Shown here: one piece after another, positions 1 to 9,209 of the stretch
Numbering within the stretch: position 1 is the first letter of the stretch
Layout: every line of letters starts with the position of its first letter
Assembly (NCBI GenBank): GCA_905181635.1
Contig: CAJIYM010000005.1
Location: 113,529-177,528 of the forward strand
Length of the DNA stretch: 64,000 nucleotides
DNA from: an uncultured Flavobacteriales bacterium
Lineage (GTDB): Bacteria; Bacteroidota; Bacteroidia; Flavobacteriales; BACL11
Direction: 5' to 3'
The notes under the pieces: model-generated
Told to the model about the DNA's origin: nothing
Databases searched by the model: none
Seen by the model: the letters and a program-made list of their open reading frames with translations, nothing else
Position numbers and translations under genes: made by a program

Positions 1-309
1 AAAGGGGCAACCAACTCAAGAAATTTCTCTCAATGTGATTCTTTACTAATGGGAAATAAATGTGGTTCTCATACCTTCCCTTACATTGAAGTGAAGAATA
101 ACTCTTCAAAAGTGGAGCATGAAGCAACTACATCAAAAATTGGAGAAGACCAGATATTTTACTGTAACCAAAGAGGCATCGGAACAGAAGCAGCAATTGC
201 ACTAATCGTAAATGGTTATTGTAAGGATGTACTCAACCAATTACCAATGGAATTTGCAGTAGAAGCACAAAAATTATTAGAAATCAGCCTAGAAGGTTCA
301 GTAGGTTAA
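1..309 (+). CDS. sufB: Fe-S cluster assembly protein SufB (3' part, runs off the window start)
   Basis: Frame is open from base 1 ([30 protein letters not shown]...[17 protein letters not shown]...EGSVG). This is the SufB C-terminus, directly upstream of sufC. Confidence 0.97.
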   Translation, partial: KGATNSRNFSQCDSLLMGNKCGSHTFPYIEVKNNSSKVEHEATTSKIGEDQIFYCNQRGIGTEAAIALIVNGYCKDVLNQLPMEFAVEAQKLLEISLEGSVG

Positions 310-319
310 AAAATAAACT

Positions 320-1081
320 ATGTTACAAATAAAAGAATTGAAAGCAGGTATTGAGGGTAATCAAATCCTTAAAGGAATAAATTTAGAAGTAAAAGCAGGA
401 GAAATACATGCAATCATGGGTCCTAATGGCTCGGGTAAAAGTACACTTTCAGCTGTCATAGCAGGAAAAGAGGAATATGAAGTAGAAGGAGGGGCTATAA
501 GTTTTGATGGGGAAAATTTATTAGAATTAGACCCTGAAGAAAGAGCCCATAACGGCATATTTCTTTCTTTTCAGTATCCAGTTGAAATTCCAGGAATTTC
601 GGTTTCTAACTTTATCAAAACTTCTATAACAGAAAAAAGAAAAGCGCAAGGACTAGAACCACTTCCTACTAAAAATTTATTAAAAATGATGCGTGAAAAA
701 ATGGAACTATTAAGCATCAAAAAGGGATATTTATCTAGGAACATGAATGAAGGGTTTTCTGGTGGAGAAAAGAAAAGAAATGAAATTTTTCAGATGGCAA
801 TGCTAGAGCCTAAACTTGCAATTTTGGATGAAACAGATTCAGGCTTAGATATTGACGCACTTAGAATTGTTGCGAACGGAGTCAATAAATTAAGAACTGG
901 AGATAATGCAACAATCGTTATCACGCATTATCAAAGGTTATTGGACTACATTGTTCCTGACTTTGTACATGTTTTACATAATGGAAGAATTATAAAATCA
1001 GGAGGTAAAGAATTAGCTTTAGAACTAGAAGAAAAAGGATACGATTGGATAACTAAAGAAGCGGATAAAAAGTGGGCTTAA
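320..1081 (+). CDS. sufC: Fe-S cluster assembly ATPase SufC
   Basis: Walker A GPNGSGKS, FQYPVEIPG, NEGFSGGEKKRNE, LDETDSGLDIDAL. Confidence 0.97.
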   Translation: MLQIKELKAGIEGNQILKGINLEVKAGEIHAIMGPNGSGKSTLSAVIAGKEEYEVEGGAISFDGENLLELDPEERAHNGIFLSFQYPVEIPGISVSNFIKTSITEKRKAQGLEPLPTKNLLKMMREKMELLSIKKGYLSRNMNEGFSGGEKKRNEIFQMAMLEPKLAILDETDSGLDIDALRIVANGVNKLRTGDNATIVITHYQRLLDYIVPDFVHVLHNGRIIKSGGKELALELEEKGYDWITKEADKKWA

Positions 1082-2292
1082 TTAAAAATATAAAATCGTA
1101 TTCTGAAGGTATTCAGATTTCTGCTGAAAAAAGAGAAATACTTACTTCTTTTCTATCAAATGGATTTCCGACAACTAAAGATGAAGAGTGGAAATATACT
1201 TCTTTAAAAAAAGTAATTGCTAACGAATATAGCATTGAAAATAAAGGGACAATTATTGATTCTTCAGTAATAGAAAAATACTCCTTAGGGCTTAAAAATA
1301 AAATTATTTTTTCTGATGGAAGACTGATAAATTCTCCATCAATAAAAGGTGTAAATATTAATGGTTTTTCAGAATTTGAAAGTGCAAATACTGACAGTAT
1401 ATTACAACTTAACAAAGCTCTTTCTAAAAATGGCTTTACTATTTCAGTAGATAAAAATACAGCATTAGAAAATCCTATTGAAATCTTGTTTTTCTCGACA
1501 ACAGTAAATGGTTTTTCTCAATATAGAAACCAAATTTCTATTGGCGAAAATTCAGAAGTTAAATTTATAGAACGATTACAAAACCTAAACAATTCGGCTT
1601 CTTTTGTAAATCATTTTACTCAGATAAATTGCGCTGAAAACACTAAAGTAGAATACAATAAAATACAGAATAATACTGCAGAATCTCAACTAATTGACAC
1701 TGTGAATGTATATCAAGAACAGGATTCAACTTGCAACATTAACACCCTTATTTTTGGAGGTTCTTTTATTAGAAATAATTTAAATTTTGAGCAAAACGGT
1801 TCTAATTGCGAAAGCAATATGAATGGAGTCTCAATACTAAACAATAATCAGTTAGCTGACAATCATACTTTTGTAGATCATAAAAGTGCACATTGCAGAA
1901 GTAATGAGATGTATAAAGGAGTCTATTTGGACAATTCTAAAGGGGTATTTAATGGTAAAATTATGGTTCGCCCTGATGCTCAAAAAATTGATGCTTTCCA
2001 GTCTAATAATAATTTACTTTTAAGTGACACTTCAAGTATTGATAGTAAGCCTCAACTGGAAATTTATGCTGATGATGTAAAGTGTAGTCATGGCTGTACA
2101 ATAGGCCAATTAGATGACGATGCGCTTTTTTATATGAGAAGTAGAGGGATAGGAATTGAAGAAGCGAAAGCAGTATTAACCTATGCATTTGCATCTGAAG
2201 CGATAGAAAACATCTCAGTAGAACAGGTTAAATCACTAGCCAAAAAACTACTAGCTAAAAAATTAAATGTTGATTTAGATTTCAGCTTATAA
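1072..2292 (+). CDS. sufD: Fe-S cluster assembly protein SufD
   Basis: EEWKYT, FNGKIMV, KPQLEIYADDVKCSHG, FYMRSRGI; GTG start overlaps the sufC end. Confidence 0.95.
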   Translation: MGLIKNIKSYSEGIQISAEKREILTSFLSNGFPTTKDEEWKYTSLKKVIANEYSIENKGTIIDSSVIEKYSLGLKNKIIFSDGRLINSPSIKGVNINGFSEFESANTDSILQLNKALSKNGFTISVDKNTALENPIEILFFSTTVNGFSQYRNQISIGENSEVKFIERLQNLNNSASFVNHFTQINCAENTKVEYNKIQNNTAESQLIDTVNVYQEQDSTCNINTLIFGGSFIRNNLNFEQNGSNCESNMNGVSILNNNQLADNHTFVDHKSAHCRSNEMYKGVYLDNSKGVFNGKIMVRPDAQKIDAFQSNNNLLLSDTSSIDSKPQLEIYADDVKCSHGCTIGQLDDDALFYMRSRGIGIEEAKAVLTYAFASEAIENISVEQVKSLAKKLLAKKLNVDLDFSL

Positions 2293-3507
2293 ATGCTAGA
2301 CATTAACCAAATACGAAAACAATTTCCTATCCTAAGCCGCAAGGTAAATGGACATGAATTGGTGTACTTTGATAATGGAGCAACTACTCAAAAACCGAAT
2401 TCAGTTATTACTGCCGAAAGCAATTATTACCAAAATGAAAATTCAAATGTACACAGGGGGGTTCATTTTTTAAGCGGATTAGCAACCGATAAATTTGAGG
2501 AAACAAGAATTACTATACAGAATTTCATAAACGCAAAACACTCTCATGAAATCATCTTTACCAAAGGGACTACTGACTCTATCAACATAGTTGCAAGTGG
2601 ATATAGATCCCTATTAAATAAAGGAGATGAAATTATTATTTCAGAATTAGAGCATCACTCAAACATAGTTCCTTGGCAAATGTGTTGCGAACAAAGTGGA
2701 GCAACGCTAAAAGTTATTCCATTATTGGATAATGGGACTTTAGACATTACTGAATTTGGAAATCTTCTTTCTAAAAACACAAAATTAGTTGCTATATCTC
2801 ATATTTCAAATACATTGGGGACTATAAACCCTATTGAAAAAATTATTAAAAAAGCAAAAGCAGTTGGAGCAAAAGTGCTAATTGATGGTGCTCAAGCAGC
2901 CTCACATATTTCAATAAATATGCAAAATTTAGATGCTGACTTCTATTGTTTTTCAGCACATAAATTGTACGGACCTACAGGAGTTGGTGTCCTTTACGGA
3001 AAGGAGGATCTTTTAAATGAATTGCCGGCGTATCAAGGTGGTGGAGAAATGATAAAAGAAGTAAGCTTTAAGAAGACTACTTATGCTGGACTTCCCCATA
3101 AATTTGAGGCAGGAACACCAAATATTGCAGGAGTAGTTGCTTTTAAGGCAGCAATTAATTTCATTACAGGACTGGGGATAAACAACATTGCTAAGTATGA
3201 AGAAGGGCTTTTACAATATGCAACAGAAGAAGTATTGAAAATAGAAGGACTAAAAATTTACGGAACAGCTAAAAATAAATCAGCAATTATTTCTTTTAAT
3301 ATTAAGGGATTACATCCATATGATATTGGTATGATTGTTGATAAAATGGGTGTAGCAATACGAACAGGTCATCATTGTACTCAACCTATTATGGATAAAT
3401 TTAATATTCCTGGAACAGCTCGCATTTCTTTAGCAGTGTACAATACAAAGGATGAAATTGATATTTGTATAAATGCCATTAAAAAAGCAAAAATGATGTT
3501 ATCCTAA
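2293..3507 (+). CDS. sufS: Cysteine desulfurase SufS
   Basis: YFDNGATTQKP, NVHRGVH, SAHKLYGPTG (PLP Lys), RTGHHC catalytic Cys. Confidence 0.96.
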   Translation: MLDINQIRKQFPILSRKVNGHELVYFDNGATTQKPNSVITAESNYYQNENSNVHRGVHFLSGLATDKFEETRITIQNFINAKHSHEIIFTKGTTDSINIVASGYRSLLNKGDEIIISELEHHSNIVPWQMCCEQSGATLKVIPLLDNGTLDITEFGNLLSKNTKLVAISHISNTLGTINPIEKIIKKAKAVGAKVLIDGAQAASHISINMQNLDADFYCFSAHKLYGPTGVGVLYGKEDLLNELPAYQGGGEMIKEVSFKKTTYAGLPHKFEAGTPNIAGVVAFKAAINFITGLGINNIAKYEEGLLQYATEEVLKIEGLKIYGTAKNKSAIISFNIKGLHPYDIGMIVDKMGVAIRTGHHCTQPIMDKFNIPGTARISLAVYNTKDEIDICINAIKKAKMMLS

Positions 3508-3924
3508 ATGAGTACAATACAAAAAATACAAGCAGAAATTATTGAAGACTTTGAATTGTTTGACGACTGGATGCAGAAGTACGAATACCTAATAGACCTA
3601 GGTAAAGAGCTGGCGCCAATTAAGGAGAAGTACAAAACAAAAGACAATCTTATAAAAGGATGTCAGAGTAGAGTTTGGCTTCATGCAGAACATACTCAAG
3701 GTAAAATAATCTTTACTGCAGATAGTGATGCTATTATGACAAAAGGAATTGTAGCTATACTTATAAATGTATTGTCCAATCAGGAGCCCAAAGATATTGC
3801 AACTGCAAAACTTGATTTTATAAACGAGATAGGGTTAAAAGAGCAGCTATCTGCTACACGTGCAAATGGATTGGTCTCTATGATAAAAAAAATGAAATTA
3901 TACGCTATTGCGTTTAACAATTAG
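3508..3924 (+). CDS. sufE: Sulfur acceptor SufE
   Basis: IKGCQSRVW, ADSDA, RANGL motifs. Confidence 0.95.
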   Translation: MSTIQKIQAEIIEDFELFDDWMQKYEYLIDLGKELAPIKEKYKTKDNLIKGCQSRVWLHAEHTQGKIIFTADSDAIMTKGIVAILINVLSNQEPKDIATAKLDFINEIGLKEQLSATRANGLVSMIKKMKLYAIAFNN

Positions 3925-3928
3925 TCAG

Positions 3929-4252
3929 ATGAAAACAGAAGAAGAATTACAAAGAATAGGGGAAGAAGTTGTTGAGGTAATTTGTGAGATTTACGATCCT
4001 GAAATACCTGTAAATATTTATGCCCTTGGTTTGATTTACGATATTGAAGTAAGTCATGAATGTGATGTAAAAATTACCATGACATTAACATCCCCAAATT
4101 GCCCAGTTGCTGAAAGTTTACCTATTGAGATTGAAGAAAAAGTAAAGGTGATTCTTGCAGTAAAAAAGGTAGAAGTAGAAATAACTTTTGAGCCAACTTG
4201 GACGAAAGAAATGATGAGTGAAGAGGCCAAGCTAGAGCTTGGAATGTTATAA
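3929..4252 (+). CDS. DUF59/SufT-like Fe-S assembly protein
   Basis: YDPEIPVNIY.LGLIY, TLTSPNCP, W..EMMSEEAKLELG; the ATG at 3929 is preferred over the upstream TTG. Confidence 0.9.
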   Translation: MKTEEELQRIGEEVVEVICEIYDPEIPVNIYALGLIYDIEVSHECDVKITMTLTSPNCPVAESLPIEIEEKVKVILAVKKVEVEITFEPTWTKEMMSEEAKLELGML

Positions 4253-4255
4253 CCA

Positions 4256-4762
4256 ATGAGTAGAGAAATTGTAAATAGAGTGGCAAACAGTAGTCTAATC
4301 ACTATGGATCTGACTGATTATGCGCCAACAAAACCTATTGCTGTTTTAGATTTAAAAGATTTCCTTTTCCAAGGAATTATACTAAAAGAAAAAGAGTACA
4401 GGAAAAGTTTAAAGGAATTTGATTTTTCTATTTATAGAAACACAACTGTAGCTCTTAATTGTAGTACCGATGCAATTGTGCCCATGTGGGCTTTTATGCT
4501 GGTTACTTCTTACTTAAATTCAGTTAATTCTGATATCCATTTTGGTATAAAAGAAGATGTATTTCAGCAAATTTTTACAAATAATATTAATTCGATTAAT
4601 GCCTCTGAATTTGAAAGTAAAAAAGTAATAGTAAAAGGCTGCGGACAAATCCCTTTAACTGAAGCGCTATATATTGCAATTACAAAAAAACTACAAAATA
4701 CAGTAAGTAGCTTAATGTTTGGGGAGGCATGTTCGGCTGTACCTGTTCTAAAAAATAAATAA
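4256..4762 (+). CDS. DUF2480 family protein
   Basis: EIVNRVANS.L, CSTDAIVPMWA, VKGC, MFGEACSAVP are typical of this Bacteroidota family found after suf genes. Confidence 0.8.
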   Translation: MSREIVNRVANSSLITMDLTDYAPTKPIAVLDLKDFLFQGIILKEKEYRKSLKEFDFSIYRNTTVALNCSTDAIVPMWAFMLVTSYLNSVNSDIHFGIKEDVFQQIFTNNINSINASEFESKKVIVKGCGQIPLTEALYIAITKKLQNTVSSLMFGEACSAVPVLKNK

Positions 4763-4768
4763 TTAATA

Positions 4769-5509
4769 ATGAATAACAATATTCAACATATAAATACTCA
4801 GATTTCTGAGCATAAAAAAGCAGTTATTAATCATCCTTTATACAACCAATTAAACACCATTGAGGATATCCAAAAGCTTATGGAGATTCATGTATATGCA
4901 GTATGGGATTTCATGTCTTTATTAAAAGGACTACAAATTGAGCTTACTTGTACAACCTTACCTTGGAAGCCTATTGGAAATACTAAAATAAGAAGGCTGA
5001 TTAACTCAATAGTTTTAGAAGAGGAGAGTGATGTAGATGCTGTGGGTAATCCTTCTTCTCATTATGAAATGTATTTGGATGCAATGGAAGAATGTGGGGC
5101 TAATACCAATAACATTGAGAAGTTTGTCAATAGTGTTTCAGGCGGAAAACTACCTAAAGTAAATAAAGCTATTGACTCATTTTTAGCAACTACTTTTGAT
5201 ATTCTAAATAGTGGGGAGGCGCATAAAATTGCAGCAGCCTTTACTTTTGGACGTGAGGATTTAATACCAGACATGTTTACTGCAATTGTAAATGATTTAA
5301 GCAAAGAACATAAGCTTGATAAGTTTATTTACTACTTAAAAAGACACATAGAATTAGATGGAGGAGAGCATGGGCCTTTAGCTTTGGAGCTCATTAGTAA
5401 TTTATGTGGGGAAAATAAGCAAAAATGGAAAGAAGTAGAAGAAACTGCTATTGCCTGTTTAGTTGCTCGTAAAGAGTTATGGGACCTGGTTTTAGATGGA
5501 CTTGACTAA
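4769..5509 (+). CDS. DUF3050 family protein (heme-oxygenase-like helical fold)
   Basis: HVYAVWDFMSLLK, EEESD, SHYEMY, FTFGREDLIP, RHIELDGGEHG. Confidence 0.85.
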   Translation: MNNNIQHINTQISEHKKAVINHPLYNQLNTIEDIQKLMEIHVYAVWDFMSLLKGLQIELTCTTLPWKPIGNTKIRRLINSIVLEEESDVDAVGNPSSHYEMYLDAMEECGANTNNIEKFVNSVSGGKLPKVNKAIDSFLATTFDILNSGEAHKIAAAFTFGREDLIPDMFTAIVNDLSKEHKLDKFIYYLKRHIELDGGEHGPLALELISNLCGENKQKWKEVEETAIACLVARKELWDLVLDGLD

Positions 5510-5510
5510 T

Positions 5511-6254
5511 CTATTTTCCTTCTTCAAAAGTTTTAATAGAGTGTTCTACTGACTGATTAATTTGATTTAATTCTCTAGCGGTAAAATTACGATACTCTCC
5601 TATAGGAATATCTAAATTAATATTCATAATTCTAACCCTTTTCAGCTTTCTTATATCATATTCCAAATACTCACACATCCTACGTATTTGTCTATTTAAT
5701 CCTTGTGTTAAAATAATCTTGAACTTCTTTTTATCCGTTTGTTTAACGAAGCATTTACGTGTAACAGTATCCAAAATTGGCACTCCATTTCCCATAGCTT
5801 CGATAAATTCCTTCGTTATTGGCTTGCTGACTGTAACTTCATATTCTTTTTCATGATTGTTTCTGGCACGCAAAATTTTGTTAACAATATCGCCATCATT
5901 CGTTAAAAAAATAAGGCCTTCTGAAGGCTTATCCAATCTTCCAATCGGAAAAATACGAGTTGGATAATTAATATAATCAATAATATTATTTTTTTCCCGC
6001 ATTTGGTCAGTTGTACAAACAATACCTACTGGCTTGTTAAAGGCAATATATACCATTTTCTTCTTTATAGCTCTGTGCACTAACTTTCCATTTACACTTA
6101 CCTCATCTTCAGCCGATATTTTAGTTCCCATTTCAGGAACCTCACCATTTATTTTTACTCTACCTTGTTCAATTAATTTGTCAGCTGCTCTTCTAGAACA
6201 GTAACCAATTTCTGATAAAAATTTATTTATCCTTGTTAGATTTGTATCACTCAT
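5511..6254 (-). CDS. rluF: 23S rRNA pseudouridine synthase RluF-type (S4 domain + RsuA family)
   Basis: RINKFLSE.GYCSRR.AD, GRLDKPSEGL, QGLNRQIRRMC; ATG 6254 is preferred because the upstream GTG overlaps the promoter element. Confidence 0.88.
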   Translation of the reverse strand: MSDTNLTRINKFLSEIGYCSRRAADKLIEQGRVKINGEVPEMGTKISAEDEVSVNGKLVHRAIKKKMVYIAFNKPVGIVCTTDQMREKNNIIDYINYPTRIFPIGRLDKPSEGLIFLTNDGDIVNKILRARNNHEKEYEVTVSKPITKEFIEAMGNGVPILDTVTRKCFVKQTDKKKFKIILTQGLNRQIRRMCEYLEYDIRKLKRVRIMNINLDIPIGEYRNFTARELNQINQSVEHSIKTFEEGK

Positions 6255-6262
6255 AATTGCCA

Positions 6263-6270
6263 CAAAAATA
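6263..6270 (-). promoter_or_regulatory. Bacteroidota -7 promoter element (TATTTTTG) for rluF
   Basis: Matches TAnnTTTG 8 nt upstream of the ATG. Confidence 0.6.
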
Positions 6271-6338
6271 CGCTAAAAAATTGTTAACATCTCGATAAAA
6301 ACAAAAGACCCTAAATTACTTAAAACAGTCTGTTTCAT

Positions 6339-6346
6339 TAAATTTG
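6339..6346 (+). promoter_or_regulatory. Bacteroidota -7 promoter element (TAAATTTG) for the S46 peptidase
   Basis: TAnnTTTG about 20 nt upstream of ATG 6368. Confidence 0.6.
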
Positions 6347-6367
6347 CGTTAAATAAAAAATAAAAAA

Positions 6368-8764
6368 ATGACAAATAAAATTTTATCAATAGTAATGGCA
6401 GGATTTTTCTCTTTATCAGCAATGGCTGATGAGGGAATGTGGCTTCCACAGTTATTAAAAGCAATGAATGAAAACGATATGCAAGCACATGGTCTTCAGC
6501 TTACTGCTGAAGACTTGTATTCTGTAAATAACTCATCACTTAAGGATGCAATTGTATCATTAGGAGGATTCTGTACGGCTGAAATGATTTCATCAGAAGG
6601 ATTAATGCTTACCAATCACCATTGTGCATTCGGCTCTATTCAAGAACATTCAAGTGTTAGTAATAACTACTTAAAAGATGGTTTTTGGGCAATGAGTCGT
6701 GATGAAGAACTGGTAAATGAAGGATTGACGGCATCATTTTTAGTAAGTATTGATGACGTGACTGCTCGTGTATTAGCAGAACTTACTGATGATATGACAG
6801 AAAAACAAAGATCAGCAAAAATTAGAGAAATCTCAAAAACTATTGTTGATGAGAAAACTGCAGATACACACTACAATTCAAGGGTAAAATCTTTCTTTGG
6901 AGGAAATGACTTTTATATCATGACCTACGAAACATTTAAAGATGTTCGTTTAGTTGGGGCTCCACCATCATCAATTGGTAAATTTGGGGGGGACACTGAC
7001 AACTGGATGTGGCCTAGACACACTGGAGATTTTGCTTTATACCGTATTTACAGCGCTCCAGATGGAACACCAGCCGAATACTCAGTTGAAAATATTGCCT
7101 ACAAACCAAAACATCACTTGCCTATACAGCTAGATGGTGTAGATAATGGTGACTACACTATGATTTTCGGTTTCCCTGGAAGTACTGATAGATACTTAAC
7201 ATCTTATGGCGTTCAAGAGGCATTAGATATCACAAACCCAACTACTGTTGATATCCGTGAAGAGAAATTAGCAATTATGAAAGCCGGGATGAATGCTTCT
7301 AAAAAAGTGAAAATTCAGTATGCTTCAAAATATGCGCAAACTTCTAACTACTGGAAATACTTTATTGGACAATCAAAAGGATTAAAGTCAATGAAAGTTC
7401 ATGATAAAAAAGTAGCAATTGAAGACGATTTCAGATCTTGGGTTGCTAAAGATCAATCAAGAATTGATAAATATGGCGAGGCCTTAAACTTAATTGAAAG
7501 CGCTTACAACACAAACAAAAAAATTGCTTTAAACAGAACTTACCTAAATGAAGCTGTATTTATGGGATCAGAAATAATGTACTGGTCATTCAAGATGAAT
7601 AGAGCAATTGCAGCATTACCTAGTGAAGGAAAGGAAAGGAATGTTGCAATTAGAGAGATCAAAAAAGAAGCTAAAGATTTTTACAAAGATTATAATGCTT
7701 CAGTTGATGAAGAATTATTTGGATCAATGTTAGAGATGTACTACTATAATGTACCTAAAACACAACACTCTCCATTATTTAAGAGAATTGAAAATCAATT
7801 ATTTGGTTTCAAAAAATTAGATTTTGGTTGGTACGCCAAAAATACATTTAGAAGATCAGTATTTTCATCAAGGGAGAAATTCTTTACTTTCTTAGAAAAC
7901 CCTTCTACTACTAAAATTGAGAGAGATCCAGCTTACAAAACTATAATGTCAATCTACAATCAGTACATTGAGCAAATTTCTCCTAAAAGAACTAATGCAA
8001 GAAAGAACTTAACAAAAGGAAATAGATTGTTTATTGCAGGATTAAGAGAAATGAATCCTGATAAAAATTATTACCCAAATGCTAATTCTACTATGAGGGG
8101 TACATATGGTAATGTAGGAGATTATGCTCCAGGAAATGCAATGCATTATGACTACTACACTACTATTGATGGTATTATGCAAAAAGAAGATGCTACAAAT
8201 GAAGAATTTCAAGTACCTGCAAGACTGAAAGAGTTATATGAAATTGGTGATTATGGACAATATGGAGATAAAGATGGTAACTTAAGAATTAACTTCATTT
8301 CAAACAATGATATTACGGGTGGTAACTCAGGCTCTCCAGTAATTAACGCTTGGGGAGAAATTGTTGGTACAGCTTTTGATGGTAACTGGGAATCAATGAG
8401 CGGAGATATTGCTTTTGAAAAAGAAGTGCAAAGAACTATTTCTGTTGATATCAGATATACAATGTTCATTATTGACAAATTTGCTGGAGCAACTCACTTA
8501 ATTAATGAAATGACTATAGCTCCTAAGCATGCTGAAAAAATGACTAAAAAAGAATTAGCTGCTGCAGCTATGGAAACTGCTTTAGAAGACCCTAACACTA
8601 TTGTTAAAGAACTAGAACTTAAAGAATATTTAGGAACTCAATTACCAGTATTCGATATGCATTCATTTGGTTCTGCTTTTGATATGGCTGTTGAACAATA
8701 TGGCTCTTCAAAAGAACAAAGATTCTGGTGGTACGGCAATGTGTATACTACTGAGAAAAGATAA
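6368..8764 (+). CDS. S46 family dipeptidyl-peptidase (DPP7-type) with C-terminal extension
   Basis: Signal peptide then ADEGMW, TNHHC, DNWMWPRHTGDF, TGGNSGSP, and AFDGNWE (Gly at the S1 site as in DPP7, not Arg as in DPP11). Confidence 0.93.
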   Translation: MTNKILSIVMAGFFSLSAMADEGMWLPQLLKAMNENDMQAHGLQLTAEDLYSVNNSSLKDAIVSLGGFCTAEMISSEGLMLTNHHCAFGSIQEHSSVSNNYLKDGFWAMSRDEELVNEGLTASFLVSIDDVTARVLAELTDDMTEKQRSAKIREISKTIVDEKTADTHYNSRVKSFFGGNDFYIMTYETFKDVRLVGAPPSSIGKFGGDTDNWMWPRHTGDFALYRIYSAPDGTPAEYSVENIAYKPKHHLPIQLDGVDNGDYTMIFGFPGSTDRYLTSYGVQEALDITNPTTVDIREEKLAIMKAGMNASKKVKIQYASKYAQTSNYWKYFIGQSKGLKSMKVHDKKVAIEDDFRSWVAKDQSRIDKYGEALNLIESAYNTNKKIALNRTYLNEAVFMGSEIMYWSFKMNRAIAALPSEGKERNVAIREIKKEAKDFYKDYNASVDEELFGSMLEMYYYNVPKTQHSPLFKRIENQLFGFKKLDFGWYAKNTFRRSVFSSREKFFTFLENPSTTKIERDPAYKTIMSIYNQYIEQISPKRTNARKNLTKGNRLFIAGLREMNPDKNYYPNANSTMRGTYGNVGDYAPGNAMHYDYYTTIDGIMQKEDATNEEFQVPARLKELYEIGDYGQYGDKDGNLRINFISNNDITGGNSGSPVINAWGEIVGTAFDGNWESMSGDIAFEKEVQRTISVDIRYTMFIIDKFAGATHLINEMTIAPKHAEKMTKKELAAAAMETALEDPNTIVKELELKEYLGTQLPVFDMHSFGSAFDMAVEQYGSSKEQRFWWYGNVYTTEKR

Positions 8765-8780
8765 ATTATCTCACATTTTT

Positions 8781-8814
8781 AAAAAAGCTCTACCGATTTG
8801 GTGGGGCTTTTTTT
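8781..8814 (+). terminator. Rho-independent terminator
   Basis: aagctctacc-gattt-ggtggggctt hairpin followed by a T run, just after the S46 stop. Confidence 0.8.
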
Positions 8815-8827
8815 ATATTTACAAAAA

Positions 8828-9209
8828 ATGATTAAAAATATTTTAGCTTTTATAACGGGAATACTATTAGGAATTATAGTAAATATGGGGCTCATAATCT
8901 TAGGGAGCAAGCTTATACCTACACCTAAAGGCTTTGACCCAATGAATGCCGTAAACTGGGCGGCTAGTTAATTTTATTTTCCCTTTTCTAGCACACGCTT
9001 TAGGGGCACTTTAGTAGGGGCTTTTTTAGCGGCTAAAATTGCTAACTCATTCAATTGCCATTATCAATTAGTATTGGCGTATTTTCTTAACTGGAGGAGT
9101 TACAATGATCTATATATTACCTGCTTCTGTATGCTTTATATGTAAAAATTTAATAGTAGCCTAGATTCCAACGGGACATCTATAGTGGATAATTGCGAAA
9201 AAAGTTTAG
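8828..9209 (+). pseudogene. Frameshifted pseudogene of a small multi-TM membrane protein
   Basis: Pieces in different frames join into one hydrophobic protein: MIKNILAFITGILLGIIVNMGLII.. / FIFPFLAHALG / GTLVGAFLAAKIA / LSISIGVF / FLTGGVTMIYILP..LIVA*IPTGHL*WIIAKKV*. Confidence 0.8.

Noticed and set aside
6273-6488. 71-aa hydrophobic minus-strand ORF
   Set aside because: Overlaps the S46 start and promoter region; the hydrophobicity reflects T-rich sequence
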